Below are positions 12,901-27,900 of a stretch of 64,000 nucleotides of DNA, one piece after another; the first letter of the stretch is position 1, and each line of letters starts with the position of its first letter. The DNA comes from Glycera tridactyla (taxonomy: Eukaryota). The notes beneath the pieces are model-generated. The model did no database searches, was not told the DNA's origin, and was given only the letters and a program-made list of their open reading frames with translations. A program made the position numbers and the translations under genes. The stretch lies in contig OZ286476.1 in assembly GCA_965644265.1 (NCBI GenBank), forward strand, positions 55,924,001-55,988,000, given 5' to 3'.

Positions 12901-15900
12901 ATCAGACAAACCAGCGTAAAGAAAATTGTGGACACTCGCAACTCCCTACGAAAGTTGTCTTTTTCGACGAACAAAACAATGATTATGAGTCAAAATGATG
13001 CAAATCTTTGATATTCGATGGTGAAGTCGCTTTGTCTGATGGACTGATGCTAACACTGGTTTGCTAGCCCGACCAACTGCCGAACACGTCCCGAATGTCG
13101 GACTATAGGTTTTGTCGCTTGCTGTAGGATGTGTAACATTTTCAACGTCTATAACTAACTCTTCCACCTTTACTTTGAAAGTCAAGGGGTTCTTTTCGAC
13201 TGCTTTGGAGGACTTCAGTAACTAAGCAATCGCAACCTTCCTTTGATTTTTGTCACTGGGCTTTCAAATTTGACATAGCTTGCAATCACATTCCGCTCCC
13301 ACCTTTCTATACACTGTTTTATTAGCTTGGATTCATTCTAACCTCACCTGCTTGGGTTGATTTTTGTTCATGCTGTGCAGATGGTGATGACGGTAGGTAG
13401 ACACTCACTGATGATATGATTTATCAGAATTTCAGTCAAAGTGATTCAATGATTTGTGGTAGCTGAAGCAAGACTCAACATCAGACTTGAGCAAATAATA
13501 CCCCAGACATCTTCACATCCATGAGACATGGATTCCTGGATGATGTGGTCAGGTGTAATTCTCTGAGATACACTTGCTCAGGTTTTGCCACAGCTCACAC
13601 CCTATTCATTAGAAATTCTCTCAGGATTGTGAATATTTAGAAATAGAAATCAATAACAAAACCTGCTATGGATCCAGAAGACTTATTTGGCTAATCAGAC
13701 CCAGAAAGTTTGCAGACCTCCAGATTGCAGGGCAGGGGAATGTTTCCTGTGACCCATGAACTCGTGATATCATGAACCATGGGCCGCAGGGATATTCCTG
13801 CAGTGAGATTTTGGGAGAATGCCAAATTCTCAAAAGTCCCATGAGTCTGAGTGTACAGCATGACTAGTCAGAGGTCAAATATAGATGCCAGAAATTCATT
13901 TACTTCTTTGTGAACTTCGGAAGGTATGTCCCTAATACTATTGTCTGTTCTCTGTGATAAAACCTTATTCCGAGGTTTTTCTATCAGTGTGCAGACAGTA
14001 CTATAAAACATGTATTTCGTTCCTGATGAGTGAGAAATTATCTCAAGCCCAGAATCATCCCATTGGTTTTAGGTCATGTTGGACATTTGTCTCATTCACC
14101 GCTTTACTCAGGAATATTCCTGGGGCCATCTCCCTTTTTTTCATCAGTGGTCAATAGTGACTAAAAAGCTGGGCCTGGTGACACAGATGGCAAAAATGTG
14201 GTCAAAGGCCCACCATCAGCCTGAAACTCTGAGATGGTATGCACAGATTTGCAAGGAGAATGGTGGCCATTGACTCTTATACAAGTAAATCTTGGCTCCA
14301 TTTTACTTTTTGTGAGCACCATGTTTCCCCACTATTTTCGAAGAAAGCTGCATCTTTTCTCACTTCATTGGCACTTTTACATGAGAAGGGTAGCCCATAT
14401 TTATTCAGCAAAAAGGGCCGAGGTGGTCCCTTGTCTTGAAATGTTTTATGCAGCTCTGCATGTGCTAGAAACAGAATGTTACTTTTTTCCCTGAATTGGA
14501 AGTGATCACACTTATGTTTCAGACATTTAGGAGATTGAATACTCGTTTACCTGCTGTGTCTACTCTTACATGCTCTGCTGAATGTTTTATATATAGATGA
14601 GCCCTCTAGGTTGATTTTACTCAAGTATCAGTTCAACAAGTTTATTGAATGCATGATGAATTGCATGATGTATCATCTTCATTACATATTACTGTTAAGC
14701 ATACCTAGGATAGGTGTGATTCTTGGTGAAGATTTCATATTCCATATTGCATGATCCAGTATGTACTGTGTATGAATGTTGGTGCTGAGATAAGGTAATT
14801 TGGATACATGCAGTGCTTCTGTGAAGTACAATATGTACAGAACGAATTCTCAATGTTTGTTTCGACGGAAATATAGATGATCAGCAAAACCAGGTACTAA
14901 TAGCTTGAACCAATGAACAACTGCAAAGATAATAGTAATGGCATCAGATATGATATGAATGACTAGGATCTACGTGTATATAAATTGTCATTATTTCAAT
15001 TTAGTGGTCAGACTGTCTGATGCACCAAGTGAGGATGATATCAACGTTGTCTCTATGATAGGGCGAATATGGTAAATACCACAGATAGCCAAACTGAATC
15101 TGTCTCTGTTTTCTCTTTAGACAAGATTGGCAGTAGGAAGTCCACAAAAGTTGATATGGTACTTGGGAGTGGAAAAGGTCGTAAGAAGGAACAGAAAAGA
15201 GTTTCCATACAGCAGGTAGGTGTGATGATGTGTGGCTATGCAACAATGTGAGAGTTTCCATACAGCAGGTAGGTGTGATGATGTGTGGCTATGCAACAAT
15301 GTGAGAGTTTCCATACAGCAGGTAGGTGTGATGATGTGTGGCCATGCAACAATGTGATAGAGCTGGCAGATTGATGTTCACCCTAATCCATTGTTTGTTT
15401 ACAGATAACATAGATGATTTCATATCTTTGACATACAGGGGATCTTGTTATGAGATGCCCCTGAAAAGAGACCACCTTCTCATGGGAGACCACTCTCTAC
15501 GGACAGTTTTTCGATAGTCAAATATACTTCACACTGATGGATTATCTCAAAACCATGAGATACTGATCAATATAAAGTGATACCTGTGAAGGGAGATCAA
15601 CCTGAATGAAGTCTCTGTATTCTATTCAGTGGCTGGATGCAATGGTGCTAGTGCCACATATTCAATAGCAAATAGAGCTAAGATCATGGCTTTGTGTTTA
15701 GCCAGAAAAATGGATTTTGTTCATTGGTATGATACAGTGCAACCTGTAACATGAAAATAGTCTCAACATCACCAAAAAGTGTCCACGTCAACTCCGTCCT
15801 CCAGTGTGATTCTCACCTGTCCATGCCATTTTCACCTGCCCCCTGCCTATACCGGTAATCATAGACTACAAGAACATACTGGTAATGGTTAGGTACCTGC

Positions 15901-18900
15901 CCATCGTGTGTACAGACTGTAAATTCACCTCCTCTAACAACAAATCTGCCTGCCTGCTTGCTTCAGAAAAGTGTTCTCTCCAAACAAGTAGTCTCTTGTC
16001 AAGGGTCGAATAAGCAAGAAAATGAAGGCAATGCATCCAACAGAATGTCCCTTCCTTTTTTCATATTAAACTGCAATAACTCCAGAATCGATGGACAAAG
16101 TTTTGTAATTTGTCTTGATTTCAGGATGAGCCAGCAGCGCACCCATTACTACAGAAGATCGTGAAGGAACCATGGTTTCCACGCGGTAACTCGCCAACTC
16201 TTGCCTCCATTACAGCTGCATTCCTCGGCATTCTTGATCTGGTGCCAAGCAACGTCCACACCAGCATCTGTCAGCACATCGTCAAAATCAACAAGTGAGC
16301 TGTTACAGTCAAACCTGCCCACAGTCGCATTAGAAAAGTGGTCTATCTATCCAGACCGCCTTTTGTAGACACTAGCAGGTCGTTTACTGTAGAAAATATT
16401 GTCACAGTCATGGTCCAGGATGGCCTTTGTAGAGTTTGTTTACTCTGAAAAATATCTCCCCAGTCACGGACAAGGGTGGCCATTTTAGGCAGGTGGTCTC
16501 TAAAGCAGGCTTAACTACATATCTAATGATGATGATATTAATCAAAAAATCCTCAAAATCCTTTTGAAGAATAATTCTATAATATAGGGTTTACTATAGT
16601 CAACACCAGTCATGTGAAAGGCAGCTTTTGTTGGGGCAAGAATTCACTCTCTCATCATGCATTCCATCATATGCAGTGGGTTGATTGCATAGTACTAATA
16701 TGGGAATTCTCTTTTTTGCTCTGAGAATGTATACTTTTTACTCGTGTCAGAAATGGGTGGCTGTTTGGGGAATCAATCAACCGGGATCTATTGGGATTGG
16801 TAAACAATTTTGATCACTGTTTAATCAACATGTGAAGATAGATTTGTTGCATGGGGGATGGTTACCAACATGTATCAGACGTGGGAAGGTATGAGTACAT
16901 CTGTGAAAAGGAGTCACAAGATGCTGGAGAGTGGAAAATAGACAAATATATTTGATGAATAGGGTGTGTTTGCTCTAGAACAAATACATTTAGTTATGCA
17001 TTCTGTCATGATGAAAATGAAAGGCAAAGACATCAATCAGTAAAATCAAAACCCAACTCGATCAATTAGACCGATTTCTGAGCGAAACTTTTCAACACTA
17101 ATCATCACAACTATATTACAGAAGTATCTCTGCTGTATGTGGAATTGGGGTAAGGGTGGTCTCTGTACAGAGGTCTCCATGAATAGTGAGGTCTTTAGAG
17201 AGAGCATCTAATCAAACAATGGGTTTAGTTTTGCATCAAGTTGATGATTTCCGTCTCTTCAAGATGATGCCAGATAAGAAATCTGCTGACAACATTCATT
17301 GGTGAGTAATATTCAAAACTGAAGTAGGATGACCAATCTACATTGGAATAAAACTATTGAAATGTACAGATCACAATCTAGATTATAATTCTGTCTATTT
17401 GATTCGTCATAGTTACAGATGCTTCTGTATTTCAGTGATATTGGGTTCACTGGAGACCAACAAGACAAGATCGTCAACAAACTGCTCCCTCACCTGCAGG
17501 ACCAAGACTCTGTCAAGCGTGAGAATACGGTACGAACCCTCGGTGAGCTGGGCGTGAACAATGATACCGTCATCATGGGTGTCCTCCCAACACTCGTAGA
17601 TAAAGAGGTAAGTACGTCAGTAATACCCTCCAAGCTACCATCATAAATTTGATTGTTAAATTTGATCGAATCATCAATCAATTGACTTTCATTTCATTCC
17701 ATTTCAGCCCAGTGACAATTTCAAACCCCGGAGAACTCTGATCGTTCAGTGCTACTCCTGAAACTTTTTTTTCATGTGAGGAGCCTATTTGTGTTAGGAC
17801 TGTATGTTGTTTGTTTGTTTGATTGACGTTCAGTCAACACTTGAAGAATACCAATTTAGTGGATGGTGACGCTAGTGCCTTCAGAGATGGGGAGCATGAG
17901 TTCATCAAAAGTCACAAGTATTGAAGAGCAAAAGATAGCCAAATGTATTGAAGTATATGATGATAGGAATATGTTTGTTTGAGTCCAATTTTGATCAGTT
18001 TCATCAATTGCCAAGTCAATTTTCTCCTCACTAGTATGTGTATGTGTACAGGAGAATTTTACATGAGTTTAATATACAGTGTGATTATCTTGGAAGTCAT
18101 GCATGTGGGAAGTAATCAGAACCAGTTTAAAATTCAATTACTAAGCTAGCCCTAGTCATATACTAATGCTCTTGATATTGTTCCTTGTTTATTAGCCAAA
18201 TTGGCTAGAATGTAGGGGCATTCTTACTGCTCCCTTGTTAGATGGAGATATGTTATGGGAGCATGATAGATCTTCACAGCACAAAAAATCATACTTCAAG
18301 CACCAATCCAAAATGTCCAAAAACAAAGTTTGAAAATCTTCAGATAAATCAGTGAAAACAACTGGCAAGGGCCACCAGCCAAATGCTTGCAATTTTCCAG
18401 ACAGGCCATTGAATAGTGAAATCAGTTTTCCCACATTGCAGATTGAAATTCATCAGCTTTGCAGATATATAGTATTGGGCAAGTAGTTGTGGTACAGTGG
18501 ATTTTGATGTGGGCTGGTAGACACCACAAGTTACCAGCCATTATGGCCAGTGGTCTGCCACTATTATTCCAGAAGATTTTTAATCTGCTGGTGAAACTAG
18601 ATTAGAATTCTGTCTGATGGCTTTCACTCAATACAAAACCAAGTATTTTTTTTCTTTCGCAGCAGTACAGAATTTAGTTGAGTGCATTGCTGTTCTGTGA
18701 TGACATAAAAGATAAGATAAAACAAGGATAATGTCAGGGTGAGAGATTGCAGTCAGATATGATTGCCCTGGATTTGAAAAATGAAGCTTTGCAGGTAATT
18801 TGTCTTGTCTGTATGTTAAATTGATAATCGAGGAAATAAATTTGTGTGGGTTTGATGATCATGATAACTGACCAATTTAAAGGGCGATGGTGAGGCTGGA

Positions 18901-21900
18901 AGTGATGAAGAAGATGAGAAACCTGCAGAAGAGGATGCTAATAACAATGAGACAAAAGATGCTGAGAATGCGGAGGTACACGGAGGCATGAGAGCCAACG
19001 CTCACTTTCTGCCCATCACTCTCACTCATTTCTCAATCACTAACAATTAATTCTCACCTGATTAATATGCATGATTCCTGTATGAAATTAATGTTTTATA
19101 ATGTGGCTCACCTCAGGGTTTGATGGCGCAGTAGGCTGAGAGGAATGATTGATTGGTTAGAGTTTAACAACATGCGTCAAAGGATTATCTACGCTGCCAG
19201 GAGGAATCTCTACATTGTTATCACGTCATTGGACCAGATTGCTACCTTTGCCTACCCACCACATCACAAATCTGTCCATGCATGCTAACCAAATTATTAA
19301 TTTTGATGTTCATTCCTGAACTTTTGAAAGTTTCCCAGATCTACCAATACTGACTACCTCCCCTAGTCAATAATAGGTTCTTGAAATGATTTTCAAGAGT
19401 CAGTCTTGATCTTGGATGTTTTGTGTGAGCAGCCTCCGAATCAATCCACTGAATTCTGTTTAATTCATCAGATAAAATATCAGAATTTGCACAAACTATG
19501 GTTTGAAATGACTGGATGACTTCCACAATGTCAGGAGTTTGCATCAAATCGAATAACTTTATCTGTTGGATCAGACTTAAGCCTGACTTTCCATTGTAAC
19601 AGGAGTGCTTGTTTCTTCACAAGGTTACATTTTTTCACCAAGAAAAGTGTAACCATAACATTCACCAGTAATATATTTTTTCAAAGTCGAAATACTGTCT
19701 AGACAATCAACCTACTCTTTCAGTCTGATGTAATCACTCAATCAATTAACTGCAAGTCATCAGTTTCTGGTATGAGTAAGGCCAGATGAATGAGAATCAA
19801 ACAGAATAGTAAATGCCGATCCTGGAATAACCTGCTGCACCATCAACATTGTCAGATCAGACCTAATAAAGCAGAATGATTAGAATGTTGCACAGTTGGC
19901 TTGATTCTGACCTCTTGAACCTGATGTTGGCTCCTTCAAATATTGGCCTCCTATGTGTATGGCCTGAGAATCCTCTAGGTGCTCATGCTTGTGAAGGACC
20001 ACCTTCTCATCCAGTAATTGAAGAGGAAGTTCCCTGACAATGGTGGCCCTTCTTTATCTTGCTTTCTAACAATGCGTTTTGAACACTCAGTCAAAAATAC
20101 TTCAAATGAGAGACCACCTCTTGAGAGACTGCTTTTTCATGACATTTAGGGGTGGTCTCTCATCACAGGTTTCACTGTACTGGTTTTCAGGTATGGTGAG
20201 CACAATTCCAAATAGCAAAACTCCAGCTGCGGTGTTCCAGGAGAATTGGGTCAAATGTTCACTCACTGTCACTAATTCCTCAACTAACATTCATTTACTT
20301 TCAGCTCTGGTTGATAGGAATGTGCTTCCTCACCTCTAGTTGCTTTTGATCTTATCTCACATCCTCCTGAACTAACACTTTGAGTGTCTGTAATTTTCAT
20401 ATAATCTCACCTTCTTTCGGCACACAGGAATCTTGAATGATCGCATCCATGCCAATGACCAACAATTTCATGAACTCATTATTTCATAGACTGTTTACAA
20501 TAATTTTCTCTAGTGTCCAATTCACATACAATATCAATATTTCTTTGTTCCTGTGGTTTTGAAATATTGCTCACCCCGATCATTGAATCGAATCTTCATC
20601 GAACTATAGATATGATATTTTTCAGCCATTTCTGTGATGATCATGATCAGGTATCCTCTCCATACTACATGTGTGAGGGAGATACAAGAGACTGTCTTGT
20701 AGAAAATAATACCTGTCACTAGAATTAGCCTCAAGTGTATGCATATCTCAATTTTAGGCAGCTTTATCATTTATTTCTAGTGTGATGGATGTTTCTTGGC
20801 ATTCTTTTTTTTTTTTTTTTTAGATGATTGACCATCATGTTGTTTCATGTACTTTTTTCCGATATCATTCCCTTAGAAAAATAGGTATTCCACTGAGCAA
20901 GATGTAACACTTTCGTAATCCACTCAGAGGTTGATCAGTGGTTGCAGATTGGTCCATATACTCAACTTGCGTGTTTGATGGTTATTCCATGGAATGTACA
21001 TTATCTGTCATGAACATTATAAAATCACCCACCTGATATCAGTATGTGAAGCCATGGCATCCAGATCGCCAGATCCTGAATAAAATGATGGAAATATTGA
21101 GAATGGTGCCCCAACATGCATGTTTCAGTCAACCTAGAACTTCAAATATTGTGAGATTTCACCTTATAGATCATTCATGGACAGCGAGCTGTCAGCAATA
21201 TGCAGGGTGAGGTGTGACTTGACTTCTTGTGACAACTGCAAACATGTAGAGGTTGTAATACACCTGATTTCAACTAAATCACTACTTCTCAAGGCAAATA
21301 TGAGATAACTTGAAATGAGTGCTGTAATTAAACAAAGTTTAATGTCAAAAATGTGGTATTTTATTGAGTGAGCTGTTGTATAACTTATGTTTGATATTAA
21401 TGAGGAGGTGGTTTATTTGATAGGGTGGTATCAAGTTGGAGGCAGCAAAAGCCCTGCGGAAGTTGGCGGGTGTATATGACAAGACCCAACTACTTTCATT
21501 GATGGAGCAAATGGGGACGTTTACTCGATATGACAGCCGAACAGATGAGGTGAGTGGGAAAATTTCTGTCACATCCCGATTCGAGAATAACTTGTAAATA
21601 GGGTGGGGCAATGCACATAATAATTGATGATAGGTCTATCACTTCAAATATCCTATCTTTCCTACCTTGAATACCATGAATTTGTACTGTTTGAGGAATC
21701 AATTTTCTAGTATGAAAGCTTCAAAATCCAACGACAATCACTGATTTCAAATGTTCAAAATATTAAGGTACATGCCTAAAGCTGTTGTGAAAATGGAGCA
21801 TATTTGTAAGATTCACTTGTGAAAATTGAGGATGTTTGTAAGATTCAGATTGAAGTTTCAAGCTTGTGCTCAAAATAGCTGTAGTTTACGAGCTGTTTTG

Positions 21901-24900
21901 CCCTAGTATCAAATCCAAATGTGGCATGTGCATTTCACAACCTCTCTGTCAATTATAATTCAATCGTACTTGGGATGGTATGACTGCTGGATTGTGTAGA
22001 ATCTTCCCTCATCAAACCTCATTCTAGATGGTCTGCATGTTCATGAAAAGTATTCAACTTGATTTCATTGCATTTATATTCTGATATTTTTGCTTGTGTG
22101 TCATGCATGAAAGTGATAGGAATATGGAAACCATGGCCACTGTGAAAAACCGTGTGAAATAGACATATATGGGTTGCTTGATCTGATATGCAGGCTAACC
22201 TCAGGATCACACTTCTAGTCATTGGATATGAGAACAAAGCCCATCAGTTTGACCTCAAATGGATCTTGATAGAGAACAGGTTAGAGGAAAATCTACCTGT
22301 CAAATTCAGATGTGACGGATATGAGATATGCTCTTCATGAGTGATCCCAGAAGGCTTGCAGGATCTGGATACGTGTATCCAGTTTTGTCACCTCATGATC
22401 TCCTGCATCTCTTCTGTTACACTGCAAATGATTATATGATTTGTTGCACATCTTTTCAATCTAAGGATGATCATGAAAGACTGATTAAATAAGTTATCCT
22501 CTGAATATGCTGCCTACAAGAATACTTGACTGTAAAGTTCACCACAATTAGCATAATAATCCAGTGTAGGCACCTATATTTTATTTCTATGTTCCATCTT
22601 TCCTTAAGTAGTCACCACACATTCTTTATGCTTATCAAGATTCCTGATGACTGGACTGCGGTAATTATAACACTGTAATATGTGGATGCACTGACACATT
22701 TTATCCATAATCAACTTTCACCACTACTAGAGTAGATGTGCGTGTAAGATGTATAGATTTATTGTTGGTTGGTTTGAGAGAGAATTTGTATCCAGAAGGG
22801 GACGGCTGGTCATTGGCTAGGAGCTGAGCTTTTTTAGTCTGACTGAAGAAATTCATTATTTCAAATGTTAAGGGCTGAACAACACGGATGTTTCATTTCT
22901 GGGATTTCAATCATCAGTTCAGAATTAAACAGATGGCTAAATTCAAATCATCCTATGATATTATATTTCGAGCTCTCTGCAATCCCTAGTCCCTTCCGCT
23001 ATCTATTATCAAAATGCAGTGAAGCCTATGAACAAGAGACCACTTTTGAGATCTAATGGCAGAGGCGATCTCTAGTTTGATTTCTCATCATGCACTGAGA
23101 TCCTCAGTTAGTTAGTCTGGGGGAGGATGTAGACCATGATAATGAGGTAATGTTTGAAAGGCCTACTTGGGTTGATTAGTCCTTTGGCTCATGTAAACTG
23201 GATCAATATGCCAAGAAGGGCCATATATTTTCCATAGTCAAAAAAACCCTGCTCAAAAGTGTTTGAGAGGAGATCAAACAAGAACACTGTTGGACAAGCT
23301 TTCAGCAGTGTTCAATGCCTGGGATAGTAACGAAACATCAATTAGTTAAGCCTCAATCAATGAATGATTATGAACACATCACGAGACTCAGCTCTGAATG
23401 CTAGATATGCACATATTACATAGTTGGCATCTTGCCTGCATCCCACACACAGTTTGCATCAACCCTGCTACCCTCCCCTCACAGCATTTACCATTACAAG
23501 CTTTCACAAATACAGTGAGACATGCTATCAGAGACCTCTCACATTATCACCAAAATATGGTCTCTTAAAAAGGATGGTCTCTAGTCAAAGGTATGCCTAA
23601 TCATATGATAGAAAAGCTGCACAGGAAATGTGGTCTATCATCGAGGGTCATTCAGCACAGATTTCACTTCATCATTCGGCTTTGCTTGTTTCTGCATGGT
23701 GCTTCCAGTTGTTTGGCGCTGTGATAATTACTACATTATGACGAGCATATTATCTTTGGGAGGAAATTATGCAGAGTGGTTAGTCGACACCCCAATGAGT
23801 CTTGAGTAAATAATAAGTCCAAACTGGTGATGGTAACATACAATTTCAATATTGGACCGTTTTATCAGGGCAGCTTTTGTCTTTGACATTTGTTGATTAT
23901 ACTTCTGATGAGAAAACACCACTTTTGAGTCTGCTTCATGGTGATATCCAAGGCTGTCTCTATAGTGAGTATGATATGTGTTGAGATTTTTCCTCACATG
24001 GGCATATCATTCCTTTTTGCGTTGAATTTGTGTGAAAATTATCATGCATCCACAGTCTTCGGCCCAAACCTGAGACCTGAAATATCCTGAGACAGAATTG
24101 GCACAAATGTTCATCTATCCATCTGACACTGTATGATCTACAAACCTATACAACAGATAGTAAAAGAAAGTAGGTAGTTGGCTACAAAATCTCTTCTGAT
24201 CAAAGTATTTCACTTCGAAGGAGGAGAATTCGTATAATCCATGGACAACAATTCAGTATTAATCCAGATCATATTTGGAAATCTGTTTCTTTGATCAATT
24301 TCTAGTCTCATCAGTTTCCAACAAAGCTTGAGAGTGCCATCATAAGTTGAGGGATGAAATATGTGTGCACCAGGTCTAGATAACCAGCTGAGCTCTAATG
24401 CTACCTTTTCACCAAGGCGGTCTGAGGCAGATTGGCTACTGTCTTTCATGTAAAATCGACTCAGTGTATGAGCAAACTCGCGGACATGGTTTGGAGAAGG
24501 AAAACCTTCTTATTTCACACTGGCTGGTAGCTGTGTACTACAATGTCCACCACCACCCGCCACCACCACCACTTCCATTCTGTATGCAAACCTTATCAAT
24601 CTGTTTTTCAATCTCATGCAACATGTGCCAGTCTGTATCATTCTGTGTCGGACCATGACAAATCCGCGTCCAATCTGCCTTCATCTGTATCATTCTGTGT
24701 CATTACGTTTCTAATCCTCCTTCAACTGTTGTGAAAACTATGGCTAAACTGCTGTAGATTTATCACAGAAAGAGGCATAACGCAGCAGGTTTAGCACACA
24801 TTCGGCATGGTTGGGAGACAGACAACATTTCCTTGGCTCAGATATTAAGACCCCCCTAAATTCTTAGGACCAGAGAAAAAGGCAGTCACGGTGTGTGGCA

Positions 24901-27900
24901 GAATGAAGCAGAATGGTCTGTAATGACAGGTTCTACTGTAATGGCAAGACCAGACTGTGTTTGTCTGTGTTATACATAAAGAAGGCTGGGAAATGTAAGC
25001 AGAAATTCATCGGATGTTATCACATAGCTCTGGTACTCTCTGTAATTCCAACTGAAATTGATTGCGATACATTTTGTCATGGATTGTATTGAATGATGCA
25101 GTTGTCTGATAAGTGAAATTCACTGAAACTCAGTGAGGTATTACCTCAAGATGTGACTGGACATGGTGATGGAATATCTCAGTCAATGAGCCATATGAGA
25201 CACTTCAAATGTATCACATAGTGGTTTCAGCATAAACGTTCTATTAGATGGAACTTCGGAAGTTGATAAATTATCTGCTCTTTTCTGTTCTTACAGGATG
25301 ACGTGTTACGGCATCTAGAAGAAAACTTGCTTCCGGATGCCGTACCAGAAGAAGTGGAACAGCGAATAGCAGATTGGATGGAGCAGACTCCACCAGAAGG
25401 AGGAATTGTACCAGAGGTCTTTATTCATTTCCTATTTGAACCATCTCTTCACTTTCCTAATTGTACAGAAGAATCAAACCTTCAAGACAAGGGTTGTCGG
25501 ATTTCCAGCAACACCATGATGAGTTGGCATCGATCAACGTTAATGCATTGCGATCAATTAGAGAGCAGTTCCAGTAAATCTGTCATATTTATTTCAATCT
25601 GTAACTCAGTCCAAGTGAAGTCTCAATTCCTTTTAATTTCATCCAATACCTAACTGTGGTAAGAAATTTTAAGTATGAAAAACCTACAAGCTATGGTCAT
25701 ATGTAATTTCTGAAGTTGTCACTTCAGTTGCATATCTTTCTTTCTTATACCTTTCTTCCTTCTGTATCACCAATCCTGCTTGAGAGACCACTTCTACCAA
25801 GCCCTCCTGCTGAGACCAGGCTGAGTGGTGACCACGATAGTATTCTGTACAGTAAATGACCTCTCTATACAACCTGCCCATCTACTAAGATCACTTTTTG
25901 GTGCAACCAGAAGTGGGCAGGTCTGACTGTATTATGCCACAGATTGAAAGACTGCATATTAAGTTGAGGCAGATGACAGTAATAGAGGGAAATAGACTGA
26001 CACAAGTCAACCAGCCAAAGTCAAGCATTGTCTCAGGAGGGTTAGGGAATCGCAAGTTTTATCAGCCCACATAAAAGGTAGAATTTTCCAGGAATGTAGA
26101 TATCGTGTACATGTATTGGGTCAATATCTCTGGTACAGGGGATTTTGATATGGGCTGCTACATTTCAAAAGTTACCTATCCGCATTGGTCAGTGCAAGGT
26201 CAATGTTATCAATGATTTTGAAGAGGATATTCAATAATTCTGGGATAAGGTTGTCAAAATTCCGATCTTAATTCTGATAGTTATCAGAATCCTAATGAAA
26301 GTGAATGCACCTCATTAGTTTCTTAATCAGTTTTTCCCAGCCTGAACCTGCATCTGTCACCTTCATCTGAATCACTGATGTCCGTTTTTCAGCATCTGAC
26401 TCTGTCAAAATTGCTCGCAGTTTTAATGATTTGGGTATAGCTTTGAATATGGACAAGTGTGTTCGGCTTTGGTTCAAACATACTTGTGTGATTCTTTCTG
26501 ATGGCAATCAAAATTCAGACAAGAAGTGACAGTTGTGATTGTTGATTAATGGGCTATATTCTTTTTCACACAGGAAGATAAGATTCTTGCTGTTTCCCGC
26601 CGTAGCTCAATGGCGAGTCATGCATCGCTGGCACTAGAGGTCGCTGCGTCACTGTCGCGGGCGGCATCAGCTGCTGCTGCTCAGCGTACAGCATCACAGC
26701 AATCAGGCATTCAGGATGATGTGGTGACAGCTGGATCACGTGAGTAACTCTTTAATGATATATTTATATGAGAAAGAGGGAGTATAACATCAGTGACTTG
26801 CTGAGTGTAAAAGAAAGAACATGGGCAGTTAAGGATATGGATCCGAATTGATGCAAGGGGCTCCATTGAATATGTGAAAAGATCAATGAAGAAAAATGTT
26901 GCCAACACATCCCACTCACGACTGACTCAGCAATGCCAGGAACAGCGGAGGCAGAATTGGACAGCCTGGTATTTCACTGACCTGTCCTACTCTGCCTCAG
27001 CTGTTCCTGGTGCCACTGAGTCAGTCATGAGTGGGGTGTTTTGGCAACATTTTTCTTTTTAATCTTAAAATATATTTTCATGCTTTCTGGTGCTCTGCCT
27101 TCCCGGGATCTGCAGTGAATACAGCTGTCTTGTGATTGTATCCATACAATGCACAGTTTATGTAGACTGCAAAGACGGTTCTTGGTCACATGAGAAAAGG
27201 CCTTTATAGACAGGTGGTTTTTGTAAAGAGCTTGTATACTCATGAAGTAGTACTACTGAGGTAACCACCTCAGTGGTCTTTACAGGCAGGCTTTGATGGC
27301 TTTCCTGCGAGAGGTGTGTGATAGCACTTGCCAGTATTACATCACCAGTATGATAATTCATGTGATTTAACCTTAATGTATGCACTGCAATTTCAAATAC
27401 AATTATGAGCAGGAGTCAGACTCAAGCAGGTTGAACTATAATCTGACAGGTAGTATGGACTCCGTGAAACGAGCACTGATGGTTTATTGAAGCAAGAACC
27501 CATAACTATAGGATAAACTTCTCATGAGGTGGGATTGCATGGGCTTAAAGGCCACAATGATCCCCATGGCAGTTCCTTTCGGTTGAGTGCCAGCTTCTGG
27601 TAAGTTTCATACATATATTGCTGCAGATGGATTTATCTGGTCTTCCATATTTTGGACAGTGGTAATTCAACAGGGTCTGCATCCAGAGGTGGCCTATAGG
27701 GCATTTCATACATATTGTTGAGTGGTTGCCCTTTTCAGTTTACACGTATTAAGGGGCCACAATGTCTCCTGTATCAGCAGAAGGATTGCACCTAATCCAT
27801 GTTGAGTGAACTCATTTTTCTCTGGATAGAACCCTGATGTAAGGAGAGCATAGATCCACCCCCTATCCCCTTGACAGTGGTGTGTAGAGAGTAAACATTT

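Noticed and set aside
15199-15357. CRISPR-like look of regular repeats (also 47532 and 61391)
   Set aside because: Head-to-tail units with no unique spacers, no cas genes, eukaryotic intron.
23767-23997. HEADSKVVFSH resembling the HEEADT motif of XPG/PIN-type transposon nucleases
   Set aside because: The expected downstream S-x-D-T-D motif is absent and flanking frames are full of stops; chance is likely.
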